From the human T2T-CHM13v2.0 reference genome, Homo sapiens, in assembly GCF_009914755.1 (NCBI RefSeq), contig NC_060925.1: a DNA stretch of 64,000 nucleotides, one strand, 5' to 3'. Under the pieces are notes generated by a model, which ran no database searches, had not been told where the DNA came from, and saw only the letters and a list, made by a program, of their open reading frames with translations. Of this stretch, positions 10,926 to 23,556 are shown piece after piece (within the stretch, counting starts at the first letter, position 1; each line of letters opens with the position of its first letter). The position numbers were made by a program, and so were the translations under genes.

Positions 10926-13456
10926 CCCTGCAGCCTTAGAAAATAATTTGTCCCTTTGATGAAAAAGGGAAACGTGAGAGATAAAATGGTTTTATGAGAG
11001 AAACTGAAGCATTCAGTTTTGGACCACTGTTCCCAGGGTCACCGGCATGCTGGGCAAAATTTCAAGAAACTATTAGGGCCAGAGTCAAAGACTTAGAGAA
11101 ATGCTTCTTATTTTCACAGCATCACAGCTGTTAGAGATATGATTTTTGTTCTTCTCTTGGCCATCTACCAGTGTGAACTTCGGAATCTAGAAAAGAACAA
11201 AATTTTTTTTGGATGTGTATGTGAGTATGTGTGTGTGTTTATATTACATTTTTGAAACAACTTCTATCATTTTGGGTGGGCAATATATGATGAATAGGTC
11301 TACCCAGCCTACTTATACTATAGCAAACTTTCAATCATTTAAGAAACATTAAATTACTTAAGAAGAATTAATTGAGCTCCAAATAACCACCAACATTGTG
11401 ATATATATTGAAAATATAAAATACTATGATGTATTATCTGATATTAAAAGCTACAGTCTCTGAGAAGACTTATAAAGTAAATAGTTTTATAAATGGAATG
11501 TATAGTAGTAGGTGTTTACCAAATGTGATTTGAAATGAATAAGTTTTAGCTCTAAATACTAACAATATACCAGGAGGCTATAGTCTTATATTGCTTGAAG
11601 GATGTGAAATTTGCTATTGTAAGTCAGTTTAACTAAAACATCTCCTAAAATAATTCAACAGAGACAAAAACTGTCTGATATGCCAAATTTAGATATTCTC
11701 TTGGTTCATTATAAAAATTAAATTGCTTTTTATTGGTTAGATTGATGTTGAATATGATATTCAATTTGAAAATGTCAGGGGAAAACTCAGAAAATAAAAC
11801 TTGTAGGGTATATATCCCATGTAATTCTAATTAGAGAGTTGTTTTGTATTCTATTTATATTTAATACAAAACAAAACAAAGAACATTAACAGTTTTCTGC
11901 ATGAAAAGATTTAAGGTAAATAAAGAAATGAGAACCTTATACATAGGTGAGCTTACTTCTTTTAATTATAATTTTTAAAGGAAAAAGCCAATTAGAGTGC
12001 ATCGAGCTTGGAGAAACTAAAACATTTGGATACCACATTTGTGTGTTTTTTTAAACGCTTCAAGCTCCCCAAGTTTATGAGCCCAGGACAAACACAATTA
12101 AAGTCATTGGAAAAAAACATGGAGCTATTTTGGGATGAACTTTTAATAAGTCAAAGTTTTATACATTAGGGAACAGCTTATAGAGATGTGTGGTTTTAAG
12201 AGTATGAAAATGGGGAATGAGGAAAAGTGAGGCTAGAAAAGTTTGTGACCACTGACCAACATATGTGTTACTGCCCCCATCCTTGACACAGGGTTCATGG
12301 TTTACGTTTACAAAGACTAAGCCACTTAGCTAAGTGGAGAATCACCTGCTAAATCATGGTGAATTCTTCACTGGTTTTCTGGTAGACTGTTCATTGTGTT
12401 TGCTTTCTGGGGTCAACATGCCTTCATTTTCTCACTTTCTGCTACTTGTGGGTTTGCAAACAATACCAAATTCTTCTAGCAATCCTTTCCAGAAATGGTT
12501 TCTGTAGCTCTGAGCCAGTAAAGAAGACTCAACTTTCTCTTGTGATAAATGTCTTCCTTGTTTCTCCTTAGAGACTTCCCATCTCTGGTGCTCTGCTGAC
12601 AGCCCTCTTGACATCTGCTTCAAGCCACTGCTTCCTATCTCAGGAGGGAAGCTGGGAATTTTGATTTGTAAAAGGGTGCTCTTCATTGAAGCTAGGGTTT
12701 TTTCACAGCTTTTATATACAACCTTATCTGTCTCTGGAAATGTGATCTGCATGATAGATGTGAACATATGAGTTGAATAATCTGTTCTTTCTTCTCTTTG
12801 GATCATCAGTTTTCCCCATGTTGACTGGGAAACTTGCAGATATCTGTAGAGCTGGCATTTTCAGTGGAAAGGAAGAACTGAGTCCCAGGTTGTAACTGGC
12901 TGGAAGCCTGTAGTGGGCCCAACATTATGATTGATGTTGGAAATGCATCATATAAGAGAAAAACATTCTCCTCTAAGGGTTATGCTTTTATTGAATTGCC
13001 ATTTGCTTCCCGCTGTCCTTATCCTAACTCTGTCTAAAGCTCCATTTCTGAAATAGTGTCCTTCCTCTCATTTGTCTCAGAGAGCCATAGTCAAACATCA
13101 TGAAAAAGCATTGGGAACTAAAGATGCCTTTAAACTGAGAGGGCTACTCAGCAGGGATCCAGGATTTCAAATCTCTGCCAGGAAGTGGCTTCAGACGCTT
13201 GAAGCCTGAAGATGGAAAATCCTAACCCTTGGTTTTGCTTCAGGTTCCAGCAAGTAGGAACAGAGTTCCCATAAAATGAAGCTAAGGTCACTGGCAGAGT
13301 GCAATGGGTTAAACTGACATGACCGGAATTGGACAGTGAGCACTGCTGGCCCCATCTCGGAAACGAGGTAATTAGCAAGTCCTGTTCCAAGTCTCTCCTT
13401 TGTCCTTGTGACTTTATGCACTTAATTGTAAATTATCTTTCCTCCTCTCAGTTTCC

Positions 13457-13458
<2 letters not shown>

Positions 13459-13509
<51 letters not shown>
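13459..13509. repeat. (TG)n microsatellite, ~25 units
   Basis: Perfect dinucleotide run. Confidence 0.98.
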
Positions 13510-13510
<1 letters not shown>

Positions 13511-15329
13511 GGTGAAGCGATTCAAGGAGAAGTGCTGGGACTGAGCTCCCACTGTAAAAACAAAAAAAGCAGTGCTCAGTGCCTGTGAGGGCCCGCTCAT
13601 GCCGGGCACTGGAGCTGGTGACATTATGGAGCTTGTTAACTCCAAATCTTCTTCGTTTTACATTTTTTTGTGATACATTTTGCAAAAACCCACCCCGGGG
13701 AGAGAAGGGCCAGTTGCCTCTTTATTACACTGTGGAAGAGGCACATTAGCGTTCCAGTCTATATATTATGAAATTAAGTGGATACCCTTGGGGTTAATTC
13801 CTTGTTGTAATTGTAATGAAAAGAAACAATTTCTAACCCTCCATTTAAGATCTATAACTATTAAAATCCACTAGTCTTAGTGACTCCTGGGGCCAGTGGA
13901 GTGCTTCAGTGTGTATGAAAAGGGCACTCCTACAGTGTCCAATATCAGTAATTTACAAAAATAACCACCTCCAAGTGGGAAAACTAACAAACGAGTTTTC
14001 CATTTAGCTCCTCCCTGCTGTTTACCCATGGTGTGTTATATTCATCAGCTGTGTGAATTTGTGTGCGTATTAAAACTTCAGGCCTGGGTTTTAGGATTTT
14101 GGTTGGGTAAGAGGAGGGGAAGGGTACAATGTGATGCTCTTCAGGAAGAAGTTTAGAGTGAATCATCCTAAAGGACAAAGTTGAAAGAACTGAGAAAGAG
14201 GACCAAGTTAGAGAAAACTAGCATGTTGCCTGCTCCTCTGGCAAATCCAGAGCCTTTTCTGCTTGTCTTAGAGTGGTTTTCACATGTGCTTTCAATTGCA
14301 AATAAATCTATATTTTGCTCTCTAATATTTAGCCTACTATAATTCAGTATATTGTTAGTGGCAAAAAATGTACATTCAGTATATGACATCTGATTTAATT
14401 TCTTTATTACAGCTATTAAGGCCATTAAAATACCAAATTTACTAGTGTATTATCATCTGACATGGTGTAAATCACTGGTAGGTACATGCACAGTGGATGA
14501 TGACAATAATTTAAAATAAAAGAAAGGGACGTTTCAGTTTATAATAGAGTTAGTGTGTGAAAAAGACTTTGTGAGGCTTCTAAGATTTCTGGTGGGAGTT
14601 CTTTTTAATAAATGTATTTGTTTAGTTGTGGCCGATACGATCATAGCTCTTTTATTTCTCTCCTTTCACTCATCATAATATGAACTGCTTTAGAAGAAAG
14701 AAAACGCAGTTGCATGCTTGACAGAAAAAGAGCAAACTAAGAAATAATTGTTGTATTTTTAAAAAATTCCATTCTATTGCCTCAGGAAATGTGATAAAAG
14801 GTTCTATTTAGAGGTTTTTTTTTTTTAAATAATGCATCATATTATATGTCACAACTTATTGGGCAAAAGTTTTATTTTGGGTGAATAGTTCCTGTTAATT
14901 CATGCAGCATAGCTCCTGGTGACTTTCTGTATATGTGTGTGTCTCAGAATGCTCGTGAAAAGTCATTAATCCTTTGCTGTTCTTTTGCCATTTGCAAATT
15001 TTGGCATTCCCAGATTTGACTCCTATGTAATCATTTCAGAATGCCAGCAGAGGGCTGGTAATGGCCCATCATGTTTAGGTCACTGGCTTGTGTTGAACCA
15101 GGCAGGTGGTCTAAGTGAAATTAGCAGGCTTGTCTCAAGTCAGTTCCCACTTTCCTCCAGTCCACTCAAACAAACCATTTTGCCAGTCTCATTTCTGAGC
15201 TTCTCTCTCATCCTTAATTGGCCACTTCAGAGAGGAGAAGATTTTTGAGACACTTCAACATGAATATGGCAGTAGAAGGAAAAACTGCTTTGTGTTGAAC
15301 TCTACCTGGGACTATCGAACTCCTAATGA

Positions 15330-15900
15330 TTTTTTAATTTTGAAATTTTAACTTTTGAAACAATGTTAGACTTACAGAAAATTTGCACAAACTGTGCAGG
15401 CAGTTTGTGTGCCCTTCATCCAGCTTCCCCCTAATATTAACAAGTTACATAAACATGATACAATTATCAAAACCAGAAAGTTAAAATTGCTATACTACTA
15501 GTAAATGAATCATGGTATATTCAAATTTCTTTAAATTCAAGATTATTCAAATCTTAGCAGTTTTTTCCTTAATTTTTTTTCTGTCCCAGGGTCCAATCCA
15601 GGAATCCACATTGCATTTAGTTGATTTTTCTTCTTATTCTCCTCTAATCTGTGACAGTTCCTCAGCCTTTCCACTCTCAGTCTCTCAAACTTGGCTTGCT
15701 GATATTTTTTAATCATTGGATTAAGGTTATGCATCTTAAGCAGAAATACCACAGATGTGATGTGTCCTTCTTGAATGCTGAGTATGCTGTACATGATGTA
15801 GGTAAGTCTTATTATTAGCAATGTTGACCATGATGGCTTGCTTAAGGTAGTGTCTGCTGCGTTTCTCCACCATAAAGCTACTACTTTCCTGATACAGTGG
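15330..15900 (-). mobile_element. Old L1M (L1MC/ME-type) 3' UTR fragment
   Basis: ttagacttacagaaaatttgcac, ccagggtccaatccaggaatccacattgcatttagttg and taaggtagtgtctgc motifs. Confidence 0.65.
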
Positions 15901-16075
15901 TTTTCACATTCAAAATTATAAGACCATTCCAAGGAGGTATCTGTTTGTGTGTATATTTCAAGAAGGAAAAAGGAAGAGCTGCCCTTCTCTTTAAGTCTTG
16001 CATTTACAAAAGTCTAAACTTATTTATTTATTTAAGCAATCTTCATTTTTCTATCTAGCTAGTATTGAAGGTGCT

Positions 16076-16405
16076 TGTCTTAGTTCAGGCTGCTATAACA
16101 AAGCATAAATTGGGTTGCTTATAAACAACAGTAATTTAGTTCTCACAGTTCTGGAGACTGGAAGTCCAAGAGCAGGGTGCCAGCATAGTCAAGTTCTCAT
16201 GAGGTCCATTTTCTGGATACAGACTGCCAACTTTTCACTGTGTCTCACATAGCGGGAAGAACGCGAGAGAGCTCACTGGGTTCCTTTTATAAGGGCACTA
16301 GTTCCATTCCTGAGCGCTCCACCGTTATGATCCAATTTCTCACAAAGGCCCACCTCTTCATACCATCACATGGAGGGTTAGAATTTCAAAATGTGAATGT
16401 TGGTT
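16076..16405 (-). mobile_element. MaLR solo LTR (MLT1A/B-like)
   Basis: tgtcttagttcaggctgctataacaaa...cacagttctggagactggaagtccaaga...ataagggcacta. Confidence 0.75.
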
Positions 16406-16660
16406 AATCCGTTGCAATGCTCAAATAGTTGAAGTAAAATTATCCTTAGTTTTGTGGTCCTACAACCATAATTATAATGTTGGCACATGAGAACAATGTA
16501 AGTGCTTGGAGGCAAGAAACCTCTAAACCTGGGCCAATGGAAGCTATTGACATTAATTGCTGGGCCAAGCAAATGAATGAAATTTGGAATACAATTTGAG
16601 CTGTATTCCTGAAATCGCTTTTTAATTTTACTAACATGATGGGCTGAATGTTTGTCCTCC

Positions 16661-17350
16661 TGTATTAGTTAATGTTCTCCAGAGAAACAGAATAATACAC
16701 ACACACACACACACACACTCCAAACATATATATGTATATATATGTGTATATACATATATACATATACATCCACATAGACATCTTTCTCTCTCGCTCTCTC
16801 TCTCTCGACTGAATTATACTATAGGCTTTCTCAGGCCTTGCAATTCAGACTGAATTATACTATGGGCTTTCCAGCTTGCAGACAACCAATGGAACCACTT
16901 GGCCTCTGTAACCAGTCATGTGAGCTAATTCCCATAATCTACCTCTCTCAGGAATTAGCTCACATGACTGATTACAGAGGCCAAGTGGTTCCATTGGTTG
17001 TCTGCAAGCTGGAAAGCCCATAGTATAATTCAGTCTCAGTTGCAAGGCCTGAGAACCAGGGCAGACAATGTTGTCAGTCCCGGTCTGTGTCTGAAAGCCT
17101 GAGACCTGGGGTGGGAGGGTGCTGGTGTAAGTCCTAGAGTCTGAAGGCTCAATAACCAGGATCTTCAATGTCCAAGAACAGGAGACAGTGGATATCTCAG
17201 CTCAAGAAGAGAGAGAATTTTCCTTTTTTCTATCTCAATAGATTGGATGATGCCCTCTCGCACTGGTGAGGGCAGATCTTCTTTACTTAGTCTACAGAGT
17301 CAAATGCTAATCTCTTCTGGATACCTCCTCACAGGCATAGCCAGAAATAT
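16661..17350 (-). mobile_element. MLT2 (ERVL) LTR with compound microsatellite and internal inverted duplication
   Basis: tgtattagttaatgttctccagagaaacaga, ctgcaagctgga, aaggcctgagaaccagg, caaatgctaatctcttctgg. Confidence 0.8.
16828..17055. repeat. Long inverted repeat: 105-bp arms, 18-bp spacer
   Basis: 16828-16932 is the reverse complement of 16951-17055 with 3 mismatches. Confidence 0.95.
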
Positions 17351-17946
17351 ACCAGCACCCTCTCACTCTCTTTTTGCCATGTGAGAATACCATGAGAAGT
17401 CAGCCTTTTACAACACAGAAGAGAGTTCTCACATTGGTACCCTGATTTCAGACTTGCAGCCTCCCTAACTTCCAGTCTCCAGGGAGAAATATATTTCTGT
17501 TATTTATAAGCCACCCAGTCTATGGTACTTTGTTATAGCATACTAAACTAAGGCAACTACTTTGTGTAATTTATAAAATATGTTTCTGTCTGTACCACTG
17601 TACTGTGATCCCCAGGAGGTTGGGAATTGTGTGTCATCTCTCTTTGAACCTGCAATATGTGGCAGAATACCTGCCATACTAGGTGACTAATATGTGTTTA
17701 TTAAGTAAAAGAATACATGCTCAGTAGGGAGAAGGTAGAAATTAAAGGGACCAGCATTTAGCCAAAGAAACTCATGACTAGACTAAGACAGTCACAGGGA
17801 TCTATAATCATGATATGTGTCACCATGGAGTGTATCTTGTATTTTGTACACTTGTGGGAAAAGACCATGTGCACCCTGTTTACTGTTTTATTCGTAGTTC
17901 CTAAGACAGTTACATGGAACATTTTAGGCAACTAATGGATGTTGGC

Positions 17947-19024
17947 TGTATTAGTTTTCTATTGGTGCCATACAAATTACCACAAATTTAGTGGTTTAAA
18001 ACAATATTTCTTATCCTACAGTGATGTGGGTCAGAAGTTTCACACAGAGATCTCATTGAGCTAAAGTTAAGATATTGGCAGAGCTGTATTCCTTTATGCA
18101 GGCTCATTGAGGTTATGGGCAGAATTCAGTCCCTCGTGACTCTAGGATTGAGGTTCTTATTTCCTTTCTGGCTGTCAGTTGAGGGCTGTATCCAGTTTCT
18201 GAAGGCTTCATCCCCGCCTTGGCTCATACCTCCTTCCTCCATCTTCAAAACTAGCAGTGGCATGTTGAATAGGATTCTCTCTTCCCTCTTCTTTTGTTGT
18301 TACATCTCTCTGACCCTTCTACCTTTCTTTTCCACTTTTAGGGTCCATGTGATTCCATTTGACTCACCAAGACAATCCAGGATTATCTTTATATTTTAAG
18401 GTCTGTGTGGTAAGCAGAATAATTATTCCTCAAAGATGTCCATATCTTAATGCCTGGAATCTGTGAATATGTTAAATTATATGGCAAAGGACAATTAGGG
18501 TAGAAAAAGAAATTAGGTTGTTAGTTTGCTGTCTTTAAAATGGTAAGAGCAGCCTGGATTATCCAGGTGGGTCCAATTTAATCACACGGGTCTTAAATGT
18601 GGAAGAGGCAGTCAGAAGAGTCAGTGTCAGGGTAATGGGCTGTGAGACGCTCCGCCAGCCACTGTCAGTTTTGAAGAGGAAGGGAAGCCAAGAGCTAAAG
18701 ACTGCAGTTAGCCTCTACAATCCGAAGAAAGCAAAAAAATGGATTCTACCCTAGAAAATGGATTCTACCCTATAGCAGCTAGGAAGGAATTCAGCCCTGC
18801 TAACCCCCAGGAGACCCATTTTGGACTTCCAACCTTCAGAACTACAAGATAATAAGCCTGTGTTGTTTTAAGACACGAAGACTGTGGTGATTTGCTATAC
18901 CAGCAGTAGAAACCAATGCAGTCCATAACCTTTTTTCCATCTGCAAGTTTCTTTTTACCATGGAACATAGCATAGCAGACATCTTTGGTGGGACAGTGGG
19001 GTGTGTCATTATTTGGCTTACCAC
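17947..19024 (-). mobile_element. MLT1D/E-like LTR split by a second MLT1 LTR
   Basis: tgtattagttttctatt...aaattaccacaaatttagtggtttaaaacaa; resumes at 18921 and ends cttaccaca. Confidence 0.7.
18406..18920 (+). mobile_element. MLT1D-like solo LTR, nested in opposite orientation
   Basis: tgtggtaagcagaataat...cctggattatccaggtggg...cagcagtagaaaccaatgca; flanks gtctg/gtcca. Confidence 0.8.
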
Positions 19025-20599
19025 AGTAGAAGAGGGACTAAATGAGATTAACATTGTTAGTAGAAGAAGAGTAATAGAAACAACACAGGTGGCAGTGATC
19101 TCTTTCTACAGTATTTTGAAAGCTACATGCTACATTCTTGTGCTTGTGCTTTACATATTATAGATTAGGTTGATTTCATTCTGTTTTTCAGATGTGGTAA
19201 ACGAAGAATCAGAGGGCTTAAGTAATTTGCATAGTTGATAAATGGCAGTTAGAATTTTATTCTTTGATTTTCAAACCTATTTCCTTCACCACCATCCCCA
19301 ACCCTTTAAAAAATTTTGATCTAATACTTGTGGCAAAAAAAAAAAACAAACCAAAAAAAAAAAAAACCAACAAATTGAATGGTAAAAATTTCCTCTGGCC
19401 CAATTCCCTTTCTGCTTTTCTATTAAACACTAGCCTTTGAAGTCTTGGAATGGCAAATCAGAACTAAAAGGTAAAAACAGCCAAGAATAGATTAAATAGA
19501 CCATAAATTGAGAAAGTAAAGATACATTGAGACACTTATTAATATTTTAAAATGAGAAAATAAATATGTGAGCAGTAGAATCACCGAATTTTCCTTCTTG
19601 GGGCTGTAAAGTTTTCGACGGTTATGTTTACCTCTTCAAATTACACAGGTGGCCTTAGAACCTGTTTGGATTTGGAACTGAATTAGTAAAAGAGGCTAAT
19701 TATGAAATGAGTATTACTGCAATTGATTATCACTGGGCCAAGGATAGAAAAAAATCCTGAGAGATCATAAATTCAGAGAAATTATGACCACATTAAGAAC
19801 CTGCTCAAGTTGTTATAGAAACTCTTAGAAATGCTCTCCAGTGAGGTTACAACCACAGGATCACAGAATTGTTACAACTGAAGTTACATTTATTAGGTTG
19901 GGCAAAGATTTTCTTGCTTTTGGACTAGTCATGAAATCATGACTTCCCTCAGACTTTCCTGTTTCTGCTGGGCTATGTATTCTTTGTTACTGTGGTGCTG
20001 TTGACATCCTCAGGGCCAGCAATCAGTGAAATCCATCCAACCACTGAACAAAGATCCTTCTGAGAGCAGCTAACAGATTATGTGTCAGATCATTCCTGCC
20101 TCTGATATTCTGCCAGATCTACTGTATAGAAAACTGTAAATATCTGAAGGCTGCCTTTCATTTGTGATCCCCTTATTCAGGGTGTAATATGTCTGTTGTG
20201 TACTTCCACTATTGGACATTGTCTCAGCTTCCAAATATTAGGGCTAAAAAGTTCTTCGATTTTTCCAACTGCTTCTTGTTCCTCAGTGCTCCTTTACAAA
20301 AAAATCATTAGATCTTCTTAAATGAAACTTTTGATAAATGTACTTTTGTACTGAAGTTAAACCACTAACATATATTTTAGATTAATCCTCTCACCTCCCA
20401 CACCCACTTTTCAGGTATAGATGTCTGATATAGAAGTATATTATTGCTTATGGGGTTTGAAAGCTTGATTGAGCCCATTTCAGGATTTCTTTATCCTGAT
20501 TAAAGAGTCCAGAAGAATGGTAAGTCATATTCAGAGTTTGCGACTAGTGATAATGTTGAACTGTATTGGGAATAACACGTGTTAATCCAAACAGAATTA

Positions 20600-21110
20600 C
20601 AGTTGACGCTTGAACAACATGGGGGTTAGGGATGCTCACCCCTGTGCAGTCATATAATTTTTGTTCACATATAATTTTTGAATCCCCCAAAACTTAACTA
20701 CTAAGAGCTACTACTGACTGGAAGCCTTACCAGTAACATAAATAGTCAATTAACACATATTTTATCTGTTACATGTATTATATACTATCCTCTTACAATA
20801 TAGTAAGCTAGAGAAAAGAGAACATTGTTATTAAAATCATAAGGAAGAGAAAGTATATTTACCATTTATTAAGTGGGAGTGGATCATTATAAAGGTCTTC
20901 ATCCTTGTCATCTTCATGTTGAGTAGACTGAGTAGGAGGAGAGAGAGGGGAAATTGGTCTTGTTCTTTCATGGGTGGCAGAGGAAGAAGAGGTGGAGAAG
21001 GTGGAGGGGGAGGCAAGGGAGACAGGCACATTATGTGTAAGTTTAATTTTAAAAAATCACGTATAAGAGGACCTGTGCAGTTCTAACCCATATTATTCAA
21101 GGGTCAACTA
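20600..21110. mobile_element. Tigger2-type (MER28/Tigger2a-b) non-autonomous DNA transposon
   Basis: TIRs cagttgacgcttgaacaa / ttattcaagggtcaacta, flanked by TA. Confidence 0.85.
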
Positions 21111-21526
21111 TACGCTTTCCGGTAATTCTTGAGTGGTTTAATTCTTGATGGCCATCAACTTTTCTCAGAAATGGTACTGTCTAAGTAACTCTGTGGATTT
21201 ATAGACATTTAAAAAGAATAAGAAGCTCAGAAATGAATATTATTGGCTAAGTACAGATTGAGAAATGTAGGACTTATTCCAATTTTTGTTATAATCTCTG
21301 CAGGAGTTTATAAACTAGGACATATCTTCTGGACTTGTCTCTGAACACAGCTTGTTTGACCTTTAAACTGGCCACTACATTCAATAAAACCAAGTGTCTG
21401 ATGGTTGTTTTTCTAGATTGATTGGCCAACTTAGTGAAATAAGATTTTGTCCACTGTACATGCAGACACTGCCCACAAAACCTATGAGATGGGGAGAGCC
21501 ATACCCTTTTTTGAAGCAAAGCCATC

Positions 21527-22086
21527 TGTATTAGTGTTCTTCAAAGAAACAAAACCAATAGGAGATATATACAAAGAGATTTAAGGTAAGAATTGGGTCA
21601 TGTGATTACAGAAGTTGACAAATCTCAAAGTCTGCAGGATAAGTCAGCAAGCTGGAGAGCCAGGGGAGCCAATGGTTTAGCTCCAGTCTTAACCTGAAGG
21701 CCAGAGAACCAGGAGAGCTGATGGTGTAGCTGTAGTCTGGTGAATGGCTCAGGTGTAGTTGCAGTCTGGTGAAGACTCAGGAAGAGCTAATGTTTTTGTT
21801 TGAGCCCAGAGGCAAGAAAAAAAGCCAGTGTCCCAGTTTAAAGGCAATTAGGCAGGAAGAATTCTCTGTTAATTGGGGGAACTTCAGCCTTTTTGTTTTA
21901 TTCAGGCTTTCAAGTGATTGGATGAGGCCCACCCACGTTACGGATGGCAATCTGCTTTACCCAGTCTACTAATATAAAGGTTAATTTCATCCAAAACCAC
22001 TGTCACAGAAACACCCAGGATAGTGTTTGATCAACTATCTGGGCATCCAGTGGCTCAGTCAAGTAGACACATAAAATTAGTCATCA
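21527..22086 (-). mobile_element. MLT2 (ERVL) solo LTR
   Basis: tgtattagtgttcttcaaagaaacaaaaccaatagga...gattggatgaggcccaccc...gacacataaaattagtcatca. Confidence 0.8.
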
Positions 22087-23419
22087 GTTTTCAAAAGTGT
22101 AGAGTATTTTAAAGTGCTTTAAAAAACATCACATTTTACCAACTCTAAACTCAACCCCAGTAATCTGTCTGGGGTACTCTTATTATTACTATTTTTAAAC
22201 ATAAGAAAGTATATGTGACAGGGTTCAGATCATACCAATAGTCGAAGAGACAATGAAGGTCAAGATATTTGCTTCCTTGATCTACATGAATCTCAAAGAA
22301 TAACACAAGTATTGATCTGTGTTATGAAAATTTCAGAGAAGAGGTGTGGAAATCTATAGCCTGTGATATTTTCTCATTGATAATTCCTTCTCAGGGTGGC
22401 CCTGTGCTCTTGATATGCCATGTTTGTGCCATAGCTCTCTCTGCTCCATGGAAGTCTTCTTGTGCCAGCCTGTGATGGCTGCCCTCAGCATATTTTCTGC
22501 AGTCGTGACCTCTCCTTGTGACTCTATCAGCTCATGTGGCTGCTGCTTTGTCATTCTGTTGGCATCTGAGGAGAGGACACCACAGATCCTGTCCCTAAAT
22601 GCTTCAGAAATGATGATTAGAGGGAGAACTGTCAGTGAGTCATTGTGGAAAATGATTTTTCTGTAAGTAAGAAGGAGAAGTGTGTTGTTGAAGATTATAA
22701 ACCCCACCATAGCATCAAAAACCTGACTATTTAAAGTATACATGGCAGTTTTCAAAAGAAGAGATGAGCTCAGTGGGATTCTTGGTTGTTATGCATTCAA
22801 TCTTAAATGGATTTGGGGGGAGAAAAAACACCATTTGGTTATTTTAAAGAGTTTAAGGTGCTAAGAAAAATAAATGTTATTTATAAATACTCAAACTTTT
22901 GAATATTCTGCCTACATTTTCTACATTTTACTTCTATTACTTTTGTTGATCAGCTTATCTTCTCCCTTAGAATACTTTCTCAGTGATTTTTTTAAAGTCT
23001 TAAAAACCATATTGCCACACTCCTACCACCAAAACACAATTAACTTATTTTTATAATCCTATCTAAAATGTATTTTTATTATGTATAATTCTATGTAGCT
23101 CTAATTAAAAACTCATATCATTTTAAGATATCAATTGTTAATACTTGGCTCCATTGAAAGGAAGTTTTTCTTCTTCTTCCTTTGGAAAAGGTTTCTATTC
23201 CATCTCTAATCTATCCAGTGTCAGCCATGAGTATATGGTAAAACTGATAGGTGTGATAAGCAAAGAGTTTCTCAGTTTATTCCATGATTTCAAGTAAATA
23301 TAATGTGATGCATCTGTTGTTATAGAGGCAATCAAAATGCTTTGTCAGATCCATTCAATGATGAAGCTTGTTGAGATGAGCCCCTAGGGTGATATAGTCT
23401 TATAAAGTATTACATATTT

Positions 23420-23556
23420 GAATATATATATATACTTTAAAATACAAGAGTATATTTTAAACTACACATATAATATATATAATAAATATATATATATAAT
23501 GTAGGTAAAATATATTATATAATATATAATATATGTATTTAAAAATATACTCTTGT
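23420..23556. repeat. AT-rich low-complexity tract with palindromic arms
   Basis: acaagagtatatttt (from 23444) and aaaatatactcttgt (to 23556) enclose (TA)n. Confidence 0.85.

Larger units (their letters stand above)
16637..17555 (+). mobile_element. MaLR LTR (MLT1A/MST-like) interrupted by an MLT2 LTR
   Basis: 5' end tgatgggctgaatgtttgtcc; 3' end ccagtctatggtactttgttatagca...aactaaggca. Confidence 0.65.

Noticed and set aside
12432-12806. 124-aa ATG-initiated ORF in unique sequence
   Set aside because: No recognisable domain or splice/promoter context; ORFs of this length arise by chance in 64 kb.
13329-13685. ORFs with CVCV/HTHT runs
   Set aside because: Translations of the (TG)n microsatellite.
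16838-17168. Two opposite-strand ORFs sharing the peptide RLNYTMGFPACRQPMEPLGLCNQSCELIP
   Set aside because: An artefact of the inverted duplication in an LTR, not paralogous genes.
19891-19907. tattaggttgggcaaa, similar to a MADE1 end
   Set aside because: Match is too short and does not extend.
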